IMG/VR virus record: IMGVR_UViG_3300009703_000002
Location: 1 to 47,892 of that record
Direction: 5' to 3' (one strand)
DNA: 47,892 nucleotides
Origin: a virus
Shown here: piece by piece, positions 35,994 through 43,420 of the stretch
Numbering within the stretch: the first letter of the stretch is position 1
How the letters are laid out: each line of letters begins with the position of its first letter
The notes under the pieces: generated by a model
Database searches by the model: none
The model's input: the letters and a program-made list of their open reading frames with translations, nothing else
Told to the model about the DNA's origin: nothing
Program-made: the position numbers and the translations under genes

Positions 35994-36090
35994 AAAATTT
36001 AAATTCTTTTTAATTGGTGCTGGAATTATGGCAATTATACCTATTATCTTTGCAAGTTTAAAAATAATTAAAACAGCCCTATTAAACTAG
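35986..36090 (+). CDS. 34-aa hydrophobic micro-ORF lodged in the polymerase split (MNEKFKFFLIGAGIMAIIPIIFASLKIIKTALLN)
   Basis: Manual translation. Its ATG overlaps the stop of piece 1 (ATGAATGA), and its TAG abuts the ATG of piece 2. Confidence 0.4.
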   Translation: MNEKFKFFLIGAGIMAIIPIIFASLKIIKTALLN

Positions 36091-36804
36091 ATGATAATTA
36101 ACTGTGATGCAAAGGGACTAGAATGGTATTGTGCTGCCTATCTCTCACAAGACAAGGTAGCAATGCAAGAGATTTATGATGGAATTGACCAACATGGAAG
36201 TAATCAAAAAGCATTTGGTCTTCCCACTAGATTAATCTCTAAGGTATTTTTATTCCGTATTATTTATGCAAATTTAAAGTATGCAGCACATACATATGCT
36301 AATGATGCAGATTTTATGGGAACAAGTTCTAGTAAGAAATTTTGGCAAAAAGTAATAGATGAATTCGTAACTAAGTATAATGGATTCACAGCATGGCATG
36401 ATAGACTAGTTCAAGAGGTAACTCAAACAGGACGGATAGTCATGCCCACTGGAAGAATTTATTCTTTTGATAGAGATAAAAAAGGCGAATGGCCTATTAC
36501 TCAGATATATAATTATCCAGTACAGGGACTTGGTGCAGATATTATGTCTATTATACGAATATCATTTAGAAAGAGGTTTATAGATGCAGGTGTCGCTGGT
36601 GTTATTATTAATACAGTCCACGATTCTATTGTCGTTGATGTACCCAAACATGAATTACCCAGAGTGGCTCAAATATTTTATGATGTATTTAATGACTTTC
36701 CAGCTAACTTTAAGCGTGTTTTTGGTTTGGAATTTAATCTTCCATTAAGATGTGAGATTCTATATGGAAATAATATGAAGGAGTTAGAAGAGTATGGGAT
36801 ATAA
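36091..36804 (+). CDS. Family A DNA polymerase, piece 2 (motifs A, B, C; 237 aa)
   Basis: Motif A-like INCDAKGLEWYCAAYLS, motif B-like RLISKVFLFRIIYA, and motif C-like NTVHDSIVVD. Confidence 0.8.
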   Translation: MIINCDAKGLEWYCAAYLSQDKVAMQEIYDGIDQHGSNQKAFGLPTRLISKVFLFRIIYANLKYAAHTYANDADFMGTSSSKKFWQKVIDEFVTKYNGFTAWHDRLVQEVTQTGRIVMPTGRIYSFDRDKKGEWPITQIYNYPVQGLGADIMSIIRISFRKRFIDAGVAGVIINTVHDSIVVDVPKHELPRVAQIFYDVFNDFPANFKRVFGLEFNLPLRCEILYGNNMKELEEYGI

Positions 36805-36949
36805 AGATGAATTAGCATTATTTTTAGCAATACATATTGAAGAAAATTATTTCCCAGAAACAATGGGAAGAACCGAGTTAGTTATTATTATTAAAAATTT
36901 CCTTGACAATAGAGAGAAATTGACTTATAATAATAGTACACTTAAATAA
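36794..36949 (+). CDS. Possible micro-ORF, 51 aa
   Basis: Manual translation (MGYKDELALFLAIHIEENYFPETMGRTELVIIIKNFLDNREKLTYNNSTLK). It overlaps the polymerase end by 11 nt, and its 3' end contains the SSB promoter. Confidence 0.3.
   Translation: MGYKDELALFLAIHIEENYFPETMGRTELVIIIKNFLDNREKLTYNNSTLK
36903..36931 (+). promoter_or_regulatory. Perfect consensus sigma-70 promoter
   Basis: TTGACA (36903-08), 17 nt, then TATAAT (36926-31). It lies 35 nt upstream of the ATG at 36966, with an AAAGGAG RBS in between. Confidence 0.7.
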
Positions 36950-36965
36950 AAAGGAGATTTACTTA

Positions 36966-37484
36966 ATGCAAATAACGATTTTATCAGTGTCAATAGAAAA
37001 GATTAGTACAGGTAAGACACCATATGAGAAAGCAGAAGTAGCTTACAAAGATAATGAAGGACAGATTAAAGGTAAAAAAGTTATGTCCTTTGTTAATCCT
37101 GATGTTTTTGAAAAACTTAAAAATGCTCAAGCTAATGAAGTATATACAATATCGTCAGCTAAAGATAATAATGGATACTGGCAATGGACTTCTTTTGATA
37201 AAGCAGAAGCAGGACAAGTTGCTTCAGCACAGTCCTATAGTGCTCCAAAAACTAATAGTGGTAATTGGCCTACAGCAGAAGAAAGAGCCCAGACTCAGGT
37301 ATATATCATTAGACAAAACGCATTGACTAATGCTACATCACTAGCTGCTGTACATGGAGATAAGAAAGTAACACCAGAAGCTGTCATTCAGATAGCAAAA
37401 CAATTTGAAGCTTTTGTATTAGATACAAAATTTGATGATGGTACATTAGCTGGTATGTCAGAAGATACAGAAGGGATAATTTAA
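36966..37484 (+). CDS. Single-stranded DNA-binding-like protein (172 aa)
   Basis: It has its own consensus promoter, sits in the replication module, and has an acidic C-terminal tail (SEDTEGII). No motif-level proof. Confidence 0.45.
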   Translation: MQITILSVSIEKISTGKTPYEKAEVAYKDNEGQIKGKKVMSFVNPDVFEKLKNAQANEVYTISSAKDNNGYWQWTSFDKAEAGQVASAQSYSAPKTNSGNWPTAEERAQTQVYIIRQNALTNATSLAAVHGDKKVTPEAVIQIAKQFEAFVLDTKFDDGTLAGMSEDTEGII

Positions 37485-37485
37485 T

Positions 37486-37692
37486 ATGAGTGAATTTAAA
37501 CATAGAGAGAATCGTGGTTCATTGTTTCCTAATGATCTAGGTAGGTCTGATTATAGTGGAACAGCTAATATTGGTGGAGTAGAATATTTTATTAATGGTT
37601 TTATCAATACATCAGAAACAACAGGTAGAACATGGACAGGACTCTCTTTTACTAAGAAGTCTGATGTCCCTGATAGGAATCTTCCTCAGTAA
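37486..37692 (+). CDS. Hypothetical protein (68 aa)
   Basis: ORF track. Confidence 0.5.
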   Translation: MSEFKHRENRGSLFPNDLGRSDYSGTANIGGVEYFINGFINTSETTGRTWTGLSFTKKSDVPDRNLPQ

Positions 37693-37865
37693 TGTTAGCT
37701 ATTAGTTTTAGTATCTTTGTATTATCTCATTTATATTTATCATTAGCTAATGAGATTTTTATGGAGAATAATGAGAACTTGACTTTTACTGCTGAATTAG
37801 GTCATTTACAAGGAATTATAGTTGGGTCATTATACTTTATTCCATATTTATGGTATAATTATTAA
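37692..37865 (+). CDS. Micro-ORF, 57-aa membrane protein (MLAISFSIFVLSHLYLSL...GIIVGSLYFIPYLWYNY)
   Basis: Manual translation. It has TAATG overlaps at both ends and two hydrophobic segments. Confidence 0.5.
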   Translation: MLAISFSIFVLSHLYLSLANEIFMENNENLTFTAELGHLQGIIVGSLYFIPYLWYNY

Positions 37866-38551
37866 TGGTAGAAGCTTTAATAGATGGCGATATTTTAGCA
37901 TATCGTAATGCCATTTCTGCGGAGGGTGATCCAGTGGAGATTGCCCTCCTTAGAACAGAAGAGCACTTAGCAGAGATATTAAAGGCCGTTAATACAGAGA
38001 AGTTTAGGATTTTTATATCAGGAAAGAATAATTTTCGATATGATATAAATCCTTTTTATAAATCTGATAGAACAACACCAGAACCAATACATTTAAATGC
38101 CTGTAAAGAATTTCTTATCCTGCAATATGGAGCTACTGTTACTGATGGATATGAGGCTGATGATGCTTTAGCAATCAATCAAACAGAAGAGACGGTCATT
38201 TGTTCTATTGATAAAGACTTATTACAGATTCCGGGTAAACATTATAGTTGGCCTATCTTTAGAAAAGGTGAGGTTATTAGAGAAGAGTTTTTCTCTGATG
38301 TATCTGAGTTAGAAGGACTAAAAAACTTCTATAAACAAATGCTTATAGGAGATATTTCAGATAGTATTATTGGAGTTAAAGGAATAGGTAAAGTTAAAGC
38401 AAGTAAATTAATTGACCCCCTTGAGACAGAAAAAGATATGTTTAATGTTGTTTATCCTCTATATAATGATATAGATAGGTTCTGGATGAATGCTGATTGT
38501 GTTTGGTTGCTTAGGAAAGAAAACATTATTTTTAGTGACAGGAGACAATAA
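37865..38551 (+). CDS. 5'-3' exonuclease / flap endonuclease (228 aa)
   Basis: LIDGDILAYR, GYEADDALA, SIDKDLLQIPG and the helix-hairpin-helix GVKGIGKVKASKLI. Confidence 0.8.
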   Translation: MVEALIDGDILAYRNAISAEGDPVEIALLRTEEHLAEILKAVNTEKFRIFISGKNNFRYDINPFYKSDRTTPEPIHLNACKEFLILQYGATVTDGYEADDALAINQTEETVICSIDKDLLQIPGKHYSWPIFRKGEVIREEFFSDVSELEGLKNFYKQMLIGDISDSIIGVKGIGKVKASKLIDPLETEKDMFNVVYPLYNDIDRFWMNADCVWLLRKENIIFSDRRQ

Positions 38552-38949
38552 TGGAATTATGTCTGACTCGATTTATGTTTACAGATAAATCTACAATAGG
38601 TAAGTTATCTATTGATGGAGTAGAAGAGTGTTATACTCTAGAAGACCCTGTAAGAGATAAAAAAATTAAACACGAGACAGCTATTCCTGCTGGTATCTAT
38701 GAGATTATTATTACTTGGTCTCCAAGATTTAAAGTCTTTCTTCCACTACTACTCGATGTAGAAGGCTTTAGTGGAATTAGAATCCATCCCGGAAATTATC
38801 CAAGAGATACAAGTGGTTGCATTTTAGTGGGTACTAGTGCTGGTACAAATATTGTTAAAACATCAAGAAAGGCTTTTGATAAATTGTTTGATAAAATAGA
38901 AGAAGCTCTCTATAGAAAACAAGAATCTTGTTTTATTAGAATTTCATGA
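38551..38949 (+). CDS. DUF5675-like protein with an H-x-GN...DTSGC motif (132 aa)
   Basis: STIGKLSIDG..CYTLED...AIPAGIYEI...GIRIHPGNYPRDTSGCILVG matches a conserved phage family as I recall it. Confidence 0.55.
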   Translation: MELCLTRFMFTDKSTIGKLSIDGVEECYTLEDPVRDKKIKHETAIPAGIYEIIITWSPRFKVFLPLLLDVEGFSGIRIHPGNYPRDTSGCILVGTSAGTNIVKTSRKAFDKLFDKIEEALYRKQESCFIRIS

Positions 38950-39356
38950 GAGTAACTAAAAGAACAGCAAGACAAGAAGCATTTGATAATGGTTATAGGT
39001 CTAAATTTGAGTATGATTTTGCTAAGAAATTAAAGAAATATAAACTTAAAGCTACTTATGAACCAGATAAAATAAAGTATGTTCAACCAGAAATATCTAG
39101 AACATATTGTCCAGATTGGAAAATAAAACATAATGTATATATTGAAACTAAAGGGATTTTCTCTTCCTCGGATAGGAAGAAAATGCTCCTTATGCGAATC
39201 AGCAATCCCAACATCAAAGTCTATATGTTATTCATGTCTGCACGAAATACACTCAATAAACGAAGTAAGACCACGTATGGAATGTGGTGTGATAAAAACG
39301 GAATCGAGTGGGCAGACATAAAAAATGTTAAGAAATGGAAAGGATGGTTTAAATGA
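38946..39356 (+). CDS. Endonuclease I (T7 gp3-like Holliday junction resolvase) (136 aa)
   Basis: The phage reads SKFEYDFAKKL...YCPDW...VYIETKGIFSSSDRKKMLL...TTYGMWCDKNGIEWAD. T7 gp3 reads SGLEDKVSKQL...YTPDF...IFVETKGLWESDDRKKHLL...TSYGEFCEKHGIKFAD. Confidence 0.85.
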   Translation: MRVTKRTARQEAFDNGYRSKFEYDFAKKLKKYKLKATYEPDKIKYVQPEISRTYCPDWKIKHNVYIETKGIFSSSDRKKMLLMRISNPNIKVYMLFMSARNTLNKRSKTTYGMWCDKNGIEWADIKNVKKWKGWFK

Positions 39357-39493
39357 GAGAAGATGAGAGTGCTTTTTCTTGGCTTAATGTTAAAATAAAA
39401 AATGGTTGTAATCATGTTTGGGAATATATAGGACATGGACATAATTATTCTTGTTACAGATGTATTATATGTCGTGAAGAAGGAGAGTATTAG
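39353..39493 (+). CDS. Micro-ORF, 46-aa Cys/His-rich protein
   Basis: Manual translation (MREDESAFSWLNVKIKNGCNHVWEYIGHGHNYSCYRCIICREEGEY). ATGA overlap upstream, and its stop abuts the next ATG. Confidence 0.45.
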   Translation: MREDESAFSWLNVKIKNGCNHVWEYIGHGHNYSCYRCIICREEGEY

Positions 39494-40228
39494 ATGAAAA
39501 TATTACTCCTAGATATTGAAACAGCCCCAAATTTAGTTCATGTGTGGGGATTATGGCAACAAAATGTAGGTATTCCTCAGATAATTAAGCCGGGATACAC
39601 CCTTTGTTGGGCAGCTAAGTGGCTAGGAAGTGACGATGTTTATTATGATTCAATAAAAAAATCTTCTAGTAAAAAGATGCTTAAGAATATTTATAAATTA
39701 ATTAGTGAAGCAGATACTGTTGTCCATTATAATGGAACTAAGTTTGATATGCCTACATTAAATCATGAATTTCTTTTAGCAGGTTTTTCTCCCCCAGCAC
39801 CATATAGGCAAGTTGATTTACTTAGGACTGTCCGTTCTCAGTTTAGATTACCAAGTAATAAATTAGATTTTGTTGCTCAGTTTTTTGGATTAGGTGGAAA
39901 AACTAAGCATGAAGGACATGAACTATGGCTTGGTTGTATGTCAGGTAATAAAGAAGACTGGCTTACAATGGAGAATTATAATATTAATGACGTTCTCCTT
40001 TTAGAGAAAGTCTATCAAAAATTAAAACCTTGGATTAAAACACATCCTAATCATGGTCTTATGGATAATACAGAAGTATGCCCTAACTGTGGAAGTAATC
40101 ATTACCATAAAAGAGGCTTTGCTTATACTCATGCAGGTAAGTACCAACGCTATCGTTGTACTGAATGTGGTAACTGGTTCAGGGCTAAAAAGAATGAAAA
40201 AACTAATGTATTTGTGAATGTGAATTAA
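39494..40228 (+). CDS. RNase H-fold 3'-5' exonuclease-like protein with a C-terminal zinc ribbon (244 aa)
   Basis: ILLLDIETAPN and VVHYNGTKFDMP exonuclease-like motifs, plus CPNCGS...CTECGN. Confidence 0.6.
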   Translation: MKILLLDIETAPNLVHVWGLWQQNVGIPQIIKPGYTLCWAAKWLGSDDVYYDSIKKSSSKKMLKNIYKLISEADTVVHYNGTKFDMPTLNHEFLLAGFSPPAPYRQVDLLRTVRSQFRLPSNKLDFVAQFFGLGGKTKHEGHELWLGCMSGNKEDWLTMENYNINDVLLLEKVYQKLKPWIKTHPNHGLMDNTEVCPNCGSNHYHKRGFAYTHAGKYQRYRCTECGNWFRAKKNEKTNVFVNVN

Positions 40229-40281
40229 TATGGATGATTACGATGAAGTAGAACGATGAGAATTCTGGAAAGGAGAATATA

Positions 40282-40692
40282 ATGAGTTTTGATCCCTTAA
40301 CTGCAATAGTAGATGTTGGAGGTAAGATAGTTGATAAATTATTTCCTGACCCTGTAAAAGCAGCGGAAGCTAAACTTCAATTAGCTTCTCTTAAACAGCA
40401 AGGAGATTTGAAAGAACTTGAAGTCAGTATGTCTGCTATCTTAGCAGAAGCTCAAAGTGAAGACCCTTGGACAAGTAGAGCTAGACCTAGTTTCTTATAT
40501 GTGATATACTTCTTACTATTAATGGGAGTTCCTATGGGAATATTGTCAGCATACAGTCCAAACACAGCAACAGCAATTGCTACTGGTTTTGGGGAATGGT
40601 TAAAAGCTATTCCAGACGCTTTGTATGGTTTGTTTGGAGCAGGTTACTTAGGTTATACTGGCTTTAGGTCTTTGGATAAAAGGAAAAAATGA
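40282..40692 (+). CDS. Holin-like protein (3-TM holin family-like) (136 aa)
   Basis: Amphipathic N-terminus, then AEAQSEDPWTSRARPSFLYVIYFLLLMGVPMG and further hydrophobic segments. This resembles the 3-TM holin family as I recall it. Confidence 0.5.
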   Translation: MSFDPLTAIVDVGGKIVDKLFPDPVKAAEAKLQLASLKQQGDLKELEVSMSAILAEAQSEDPWTSRARPSFLYVIYFLLLMGVPMGILSAYSPNTATAIATGFGEWLKAIPDALYGLFGAGYLGYTGFRSLDKRKK

Positions 40693-40871
40693 GTATTACA
40701 TTAGTAGAACTAGAAGAAAAATTAAAAGATATTGATGAGATTACTTTATTAGAAACTCTTAATATTACAAGTGAAGAGTTAGTTGATAGATTTGAAGATA
40801 GAATTGAAGATTCCTTTGAATCTCTAGCTAAAGATTTTGAGTTAGCAAAGGATAATAATGACGAAGAATGA
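40689..40871 (+). CDS. Small highly acidic protein (60 aa)
   Basis: ORF track; Glu/Asp-rich. Confidence 0.5.
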   Translation: MSITLVELEEKLKDIDEITLLETLNITSEELVDRFEDRIEDSFESLAKDFELAKDNNDEE

Positions 40872-41055
40872 ATTACCAACAACATATCAGACAGTAATTA
40901 GTAAGAGTCGCTATGCTCGTTATCTCCCAGAGGAGAAACGTAGGGAGTCATGGGAAGAGACTGTAGATAGAGCAGTAGACTTTCTTCACAAACAAATAGA
41001 GGCTTCAACTGCATCTAAAGAAGATAAAAAATACATGAAAGAGATTTTAGGATGA
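40858..41055 (+). CDS. nrdJ: Class II ribonucleotide reductase, N-terminal fragment (65 aa)
   Basis: YQTVISKSRYARYLPEEKRRESWEETVDRAV is the characteristic NrdJ N-terminus. Confidence 0.7.
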   Translation: MTKNELPTTYQTVISKSRYARYLPEEKRRESWEETVDRAVDFLHKQIEASTASKEDKKYMKEILG

Positions 41056-41447
41056 AGCCAAAGAAAGTTTATGATGACCACAAAAGGCATGCTTTAGATA
41101 GAGGTATTGGTTGGCAAATATCCTATGAAGATTGGTTAGAATTATGGTTGAATAGTAATAAATGGACACAACGAGGAAAAACAAAAGGTAAGTATCAAAT
41201 GTGTCGGTATGGTGATACAGGAGCTTATAATATTAAGAATTGTTATATAGGTTCTGTAGAACAAAATCAAGAAGACCGCTCCAAGATTAATATTAGCGTT
41301 GTTAGGGCTATTGTCTTTGAGTACCTATCATCAGGAAAAACTCAGTATGACGTTGCAAAAGAATTCGGTGTAGACCAATCTTATGTGAGTCGTCTTGTAA
41401 ACAAGCACAGGAGGAATCATGGACAAATCCATCAGACAAGCAATTAA
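41052..41447 (+). mobile_element. Free-standing homing-endonuclease-like gene (131 aa) inserted within nrdJ
   Basis: RYGDTGAYNIKNCYIGSVEQNQED resembles the HNH_3 pattern HH-x-DG-x5-N-x2-NL-x4-EN but lacks the first His. The C-terminal helix-turn-helix is TQYDVAKEFGVDQSYVSRLV. ATGA overlap upstream; 29-nt overlap downstream. Confidence 0.55.
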
Positions 41448-43167
41448 AGATTTAGATATATGTCCTAGTATGCGTTTAATGATGTCAGCAGGTGAAGCTT
41501 GTAATCGAGATAATATTTCAGCCTATAATTGTGCTTATGTGGCTATTAATAATAAACGAGCTTTTAGTGAAGCTCTTTATGTATTAATGAATGGTACAGG
41601 AGTCGGATTTAGTTGCGAGAGACAGGAAATTGCTGGTCTACCAGTAGTACCAGAAAAGCTTGAATATGTTGATGATGTTGTTGTAATTGGAGATAGTAAA
41701 TTAGGATGGGCAAAAGCTTTTAAGAAATTATTATCATCTCTTTGGGAAGGAGACATACCTACATTTGATTTCTCTCGTGTCAGACCCGCAGGGGCTAGAC
41801 TCAAGACATTTGGTGGACGTGCCTCTGGGCCTGACCCTTTAAAGAAGCTCTTCGACTTTGTTGTTGAAACCTTCAAAACAGCACAAGGACGCAAGCTTAC
41901 TAGCCTTGAAGTCCACGACATTATGTGTATGATTGGGGAGATTGTAGTAGTTGGTGGTGTTCGTAGATCGGCTTTGATTAGTTTATCTAATCTTACTGAT
42001 AAAAGAATGAGAGAAGCTAAATCAGGTGCTTGGTATAATGATTATTCATATAGAGGATTAGCTAATAATAGTGTTTCTTATACCGAGAAGCCTGATGTTG
42101 AAACTTTTATGGAAGAATGGCTTAGCTTAGTTAAATCTAAATCAGGTGAGCGTGGAATCTATAATCGAGTGGCTGCTCAAAACCAAGCCTCACGATGGGA
42201 TAGGAGAGCTAAGGATATAGCTTATGGAACAAACCCATGCAGTGAAATCATCTTACGAGATAAGCAATTCTGTAATCTCACAGAAGTAGTCGTGCGACCA
42301 AACGACACCTATGAAACTCTTAAACATAAAGTAGAATTAGCAACAATTCTAGGTACTATTCAATCAACACTGACAAATTTTAATTTTCTTAGTGAAGCTT
42401 GGAAAAAGAATACGGAAGAAGAAAGATTGCTTGGCGTATCCTTAACTGGTATCATGGATAATGAATTTCTTAGTGGTTCTGATAGGCCAAAAGGAGACGA
42501 TTATTTACCACAAGCTTTGGAGAACTTAAGAGCTTATGCAAGAATAACAAATGAAAAGTGGGCTAAAAAACTGGATATTCCTGTTTCTACTGCTATTACT
42601 TGTGTTAAGCCTAGTGGTACAGTATCTCAATTGGTGGATAGTGCTTCTGGGATTCATGCTAGGCACAATCCTTATTACATAAGACGTATTCGAATGGATA
42701 AAAAAGACCCTATATATACATTTTTAAAAGATAAGGGTATTCCAGTAGAAGACGAGGTTTTTAGACCTGAGAGTACTGCTGTATTTAGTTTTCCAATGAA
42801 GGCTCCTGACAATGCTATCTGTCGTAATGATATGACTTCAATTGAGCAACTTGAACTATGGTTAATTTATCAACGACATTGGTGTGAGCATAAACCTTCA
42901 GTAACTATTACAGTTAAGGATTCGGAGTGGCCTGAAGTAGGTTCTTGGGTGTGGAAATATTTTGATGAAATTAGTGGAGTTAGTTTTCTTCCTCATTCTA
43001 ATCATACATATCAACAAGCCCCATATGAGGATATAACAGAAGAAAAATATAATGAATTGCTATCTCAAATGCCTACAGGTATTAATTGGGAAGAGTTTGT
43101 AGAAGATGAGGATAACACAGAAGGTACACAGACACTAGCATGTGCTGCTGGTAATTGTGAGATTTAA
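41419..43167 (+). CDS. nrdJ: Class II (cobalamin-dependent) ribonucleotide reductase, main body (582 aa)
   Basis: CPSMRLMMSAGEA, AYNCAYV, GTGVGFS, the catalytic loop TNPCSEIIL...FCNLTEV, and the C-terminal Cys pair CAAGNCEI. Confidence 0.85.
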   Translation: MDKSIRQAIKDLDICPSMRLMMSAGEACNRDNISAYNCAYVAINNKRAFSEALYVLMNGTGVGFSCERQEIAGLPVVPEKLEYVDDVVVIGDSKLGWAKAFKKLLSSLWEGDIPTFDFSRVRPAGARLKTFGGRASGPDPLKKLFDFVVETFKTAQGRKLTSLEVHDIMCMIGEIVVVGGVRRSALISLSNLTDKRMREAKSGAWYNDYSYRGLANNSVSYTEKPDVETFMEEWLSLVKSKSGERGIYNRVAAQNQASRWDRRAKDIAYGTNPCSEIILRDKQFCNLTEVVVRPNDTYETLKHKVELATILGTIQSTLTNFNFLSEAWKKNTEEERLLGVSLTGIMDNEFLSGSDRPKGDDYLPQALENLRAYARITNEKWAKKLDIPVSTAITCVKPSGTVSQLVDSASGIHARHNPYYIRRIRMDKKDPIYTFLKDKGIPVEDEVFRPESTAVFSFPMKAPDNAICRNDMTSIEQLELWLIYQRHWCEHKPSVTITVKDSEWPEVGSWVWKYFDEISGVSFLPHSNHTYQQAPYEDITEEKYNELLSQMPTGINWEEFVEDEDNTEGTQTLACAAGNCEI

Positions 43168-43285
43168 TAGTGTTATATGGAATGATTTAACTCTTCCACC
43201 AATTAATTTAAACAATATGCCCTGTGCATTATGGTTCTATAATAAAGAATACTATGATAAACATTATTTGATAGTCGATGATTAC

Positions 43286-43402
43286 GGGGGTGATTTGGAC
43301 GATAGAGGAGAGATTTAGTCAGGTAGGTAGTGACCTATCAACCACTTGTGAAAAGTGTCTCAATTCTTTAACGCGGGGTTCGACTCCTCGCCACCTCCAC
43401 CA
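43286..43402 (+). ncRNA. 117-nt tmRNA-like (tRNA-Ala-like domain) RNA
   Basis: The 7-bp acceptor stem GGGGGTG/CACCTCC has a G3-U70 wobble, followed by discriminator A and an encoded CCA. The T arm is CGGGG-TTCGACT-CCTCG. The 5' GGGGGUGAUUUGGACGA and 3' ACGCGGGGUUCGACUCCUCGCCACCUCCACCA closely parallel E. coli ssrA ends as I recall them. Two internal hairpins lie at 43322-39 and 43343-57. Confidence 0.6.
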
Positions 43403-43420
43403 TTTTAAGAAAGGAAAAGT

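Noticed and set aside
35994-36090. Intron or intein explaining the DNA polymerase split
   Set aside because: At 97 nt the gap is too short for a self-splicing intron, and an in-frame stop excludes an intein. I report it as a split gene instead.
41052-41447. Group I intron carrying the endonuclease within nrdJ
   Set aside because: The endonuclease ORF overlaps both nrdJ fragments and fills the whole interval. This leaves no space for a ribozyme core, and each fragment has its own start and stop.
43217-43318. 33-aa ORF (MPCALWFYNKEYYDKHYLIVDDYGGDLDDRGEI) overlapping the 5' part of the RNA
   Set aside because: It has no Shine-Dalgarno sequence, its 3' third overlaps the structured RNA, and it is probably fortuitous.
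43286-43402. Canonical tRNA-Ala (or an intron-containing tRNA)
   Set aside because: The acceptor and T arms are present, but I could fold no D arm or anticodon arm. The 5' and 3' ends match tmRNA rather than tRNA patterns.
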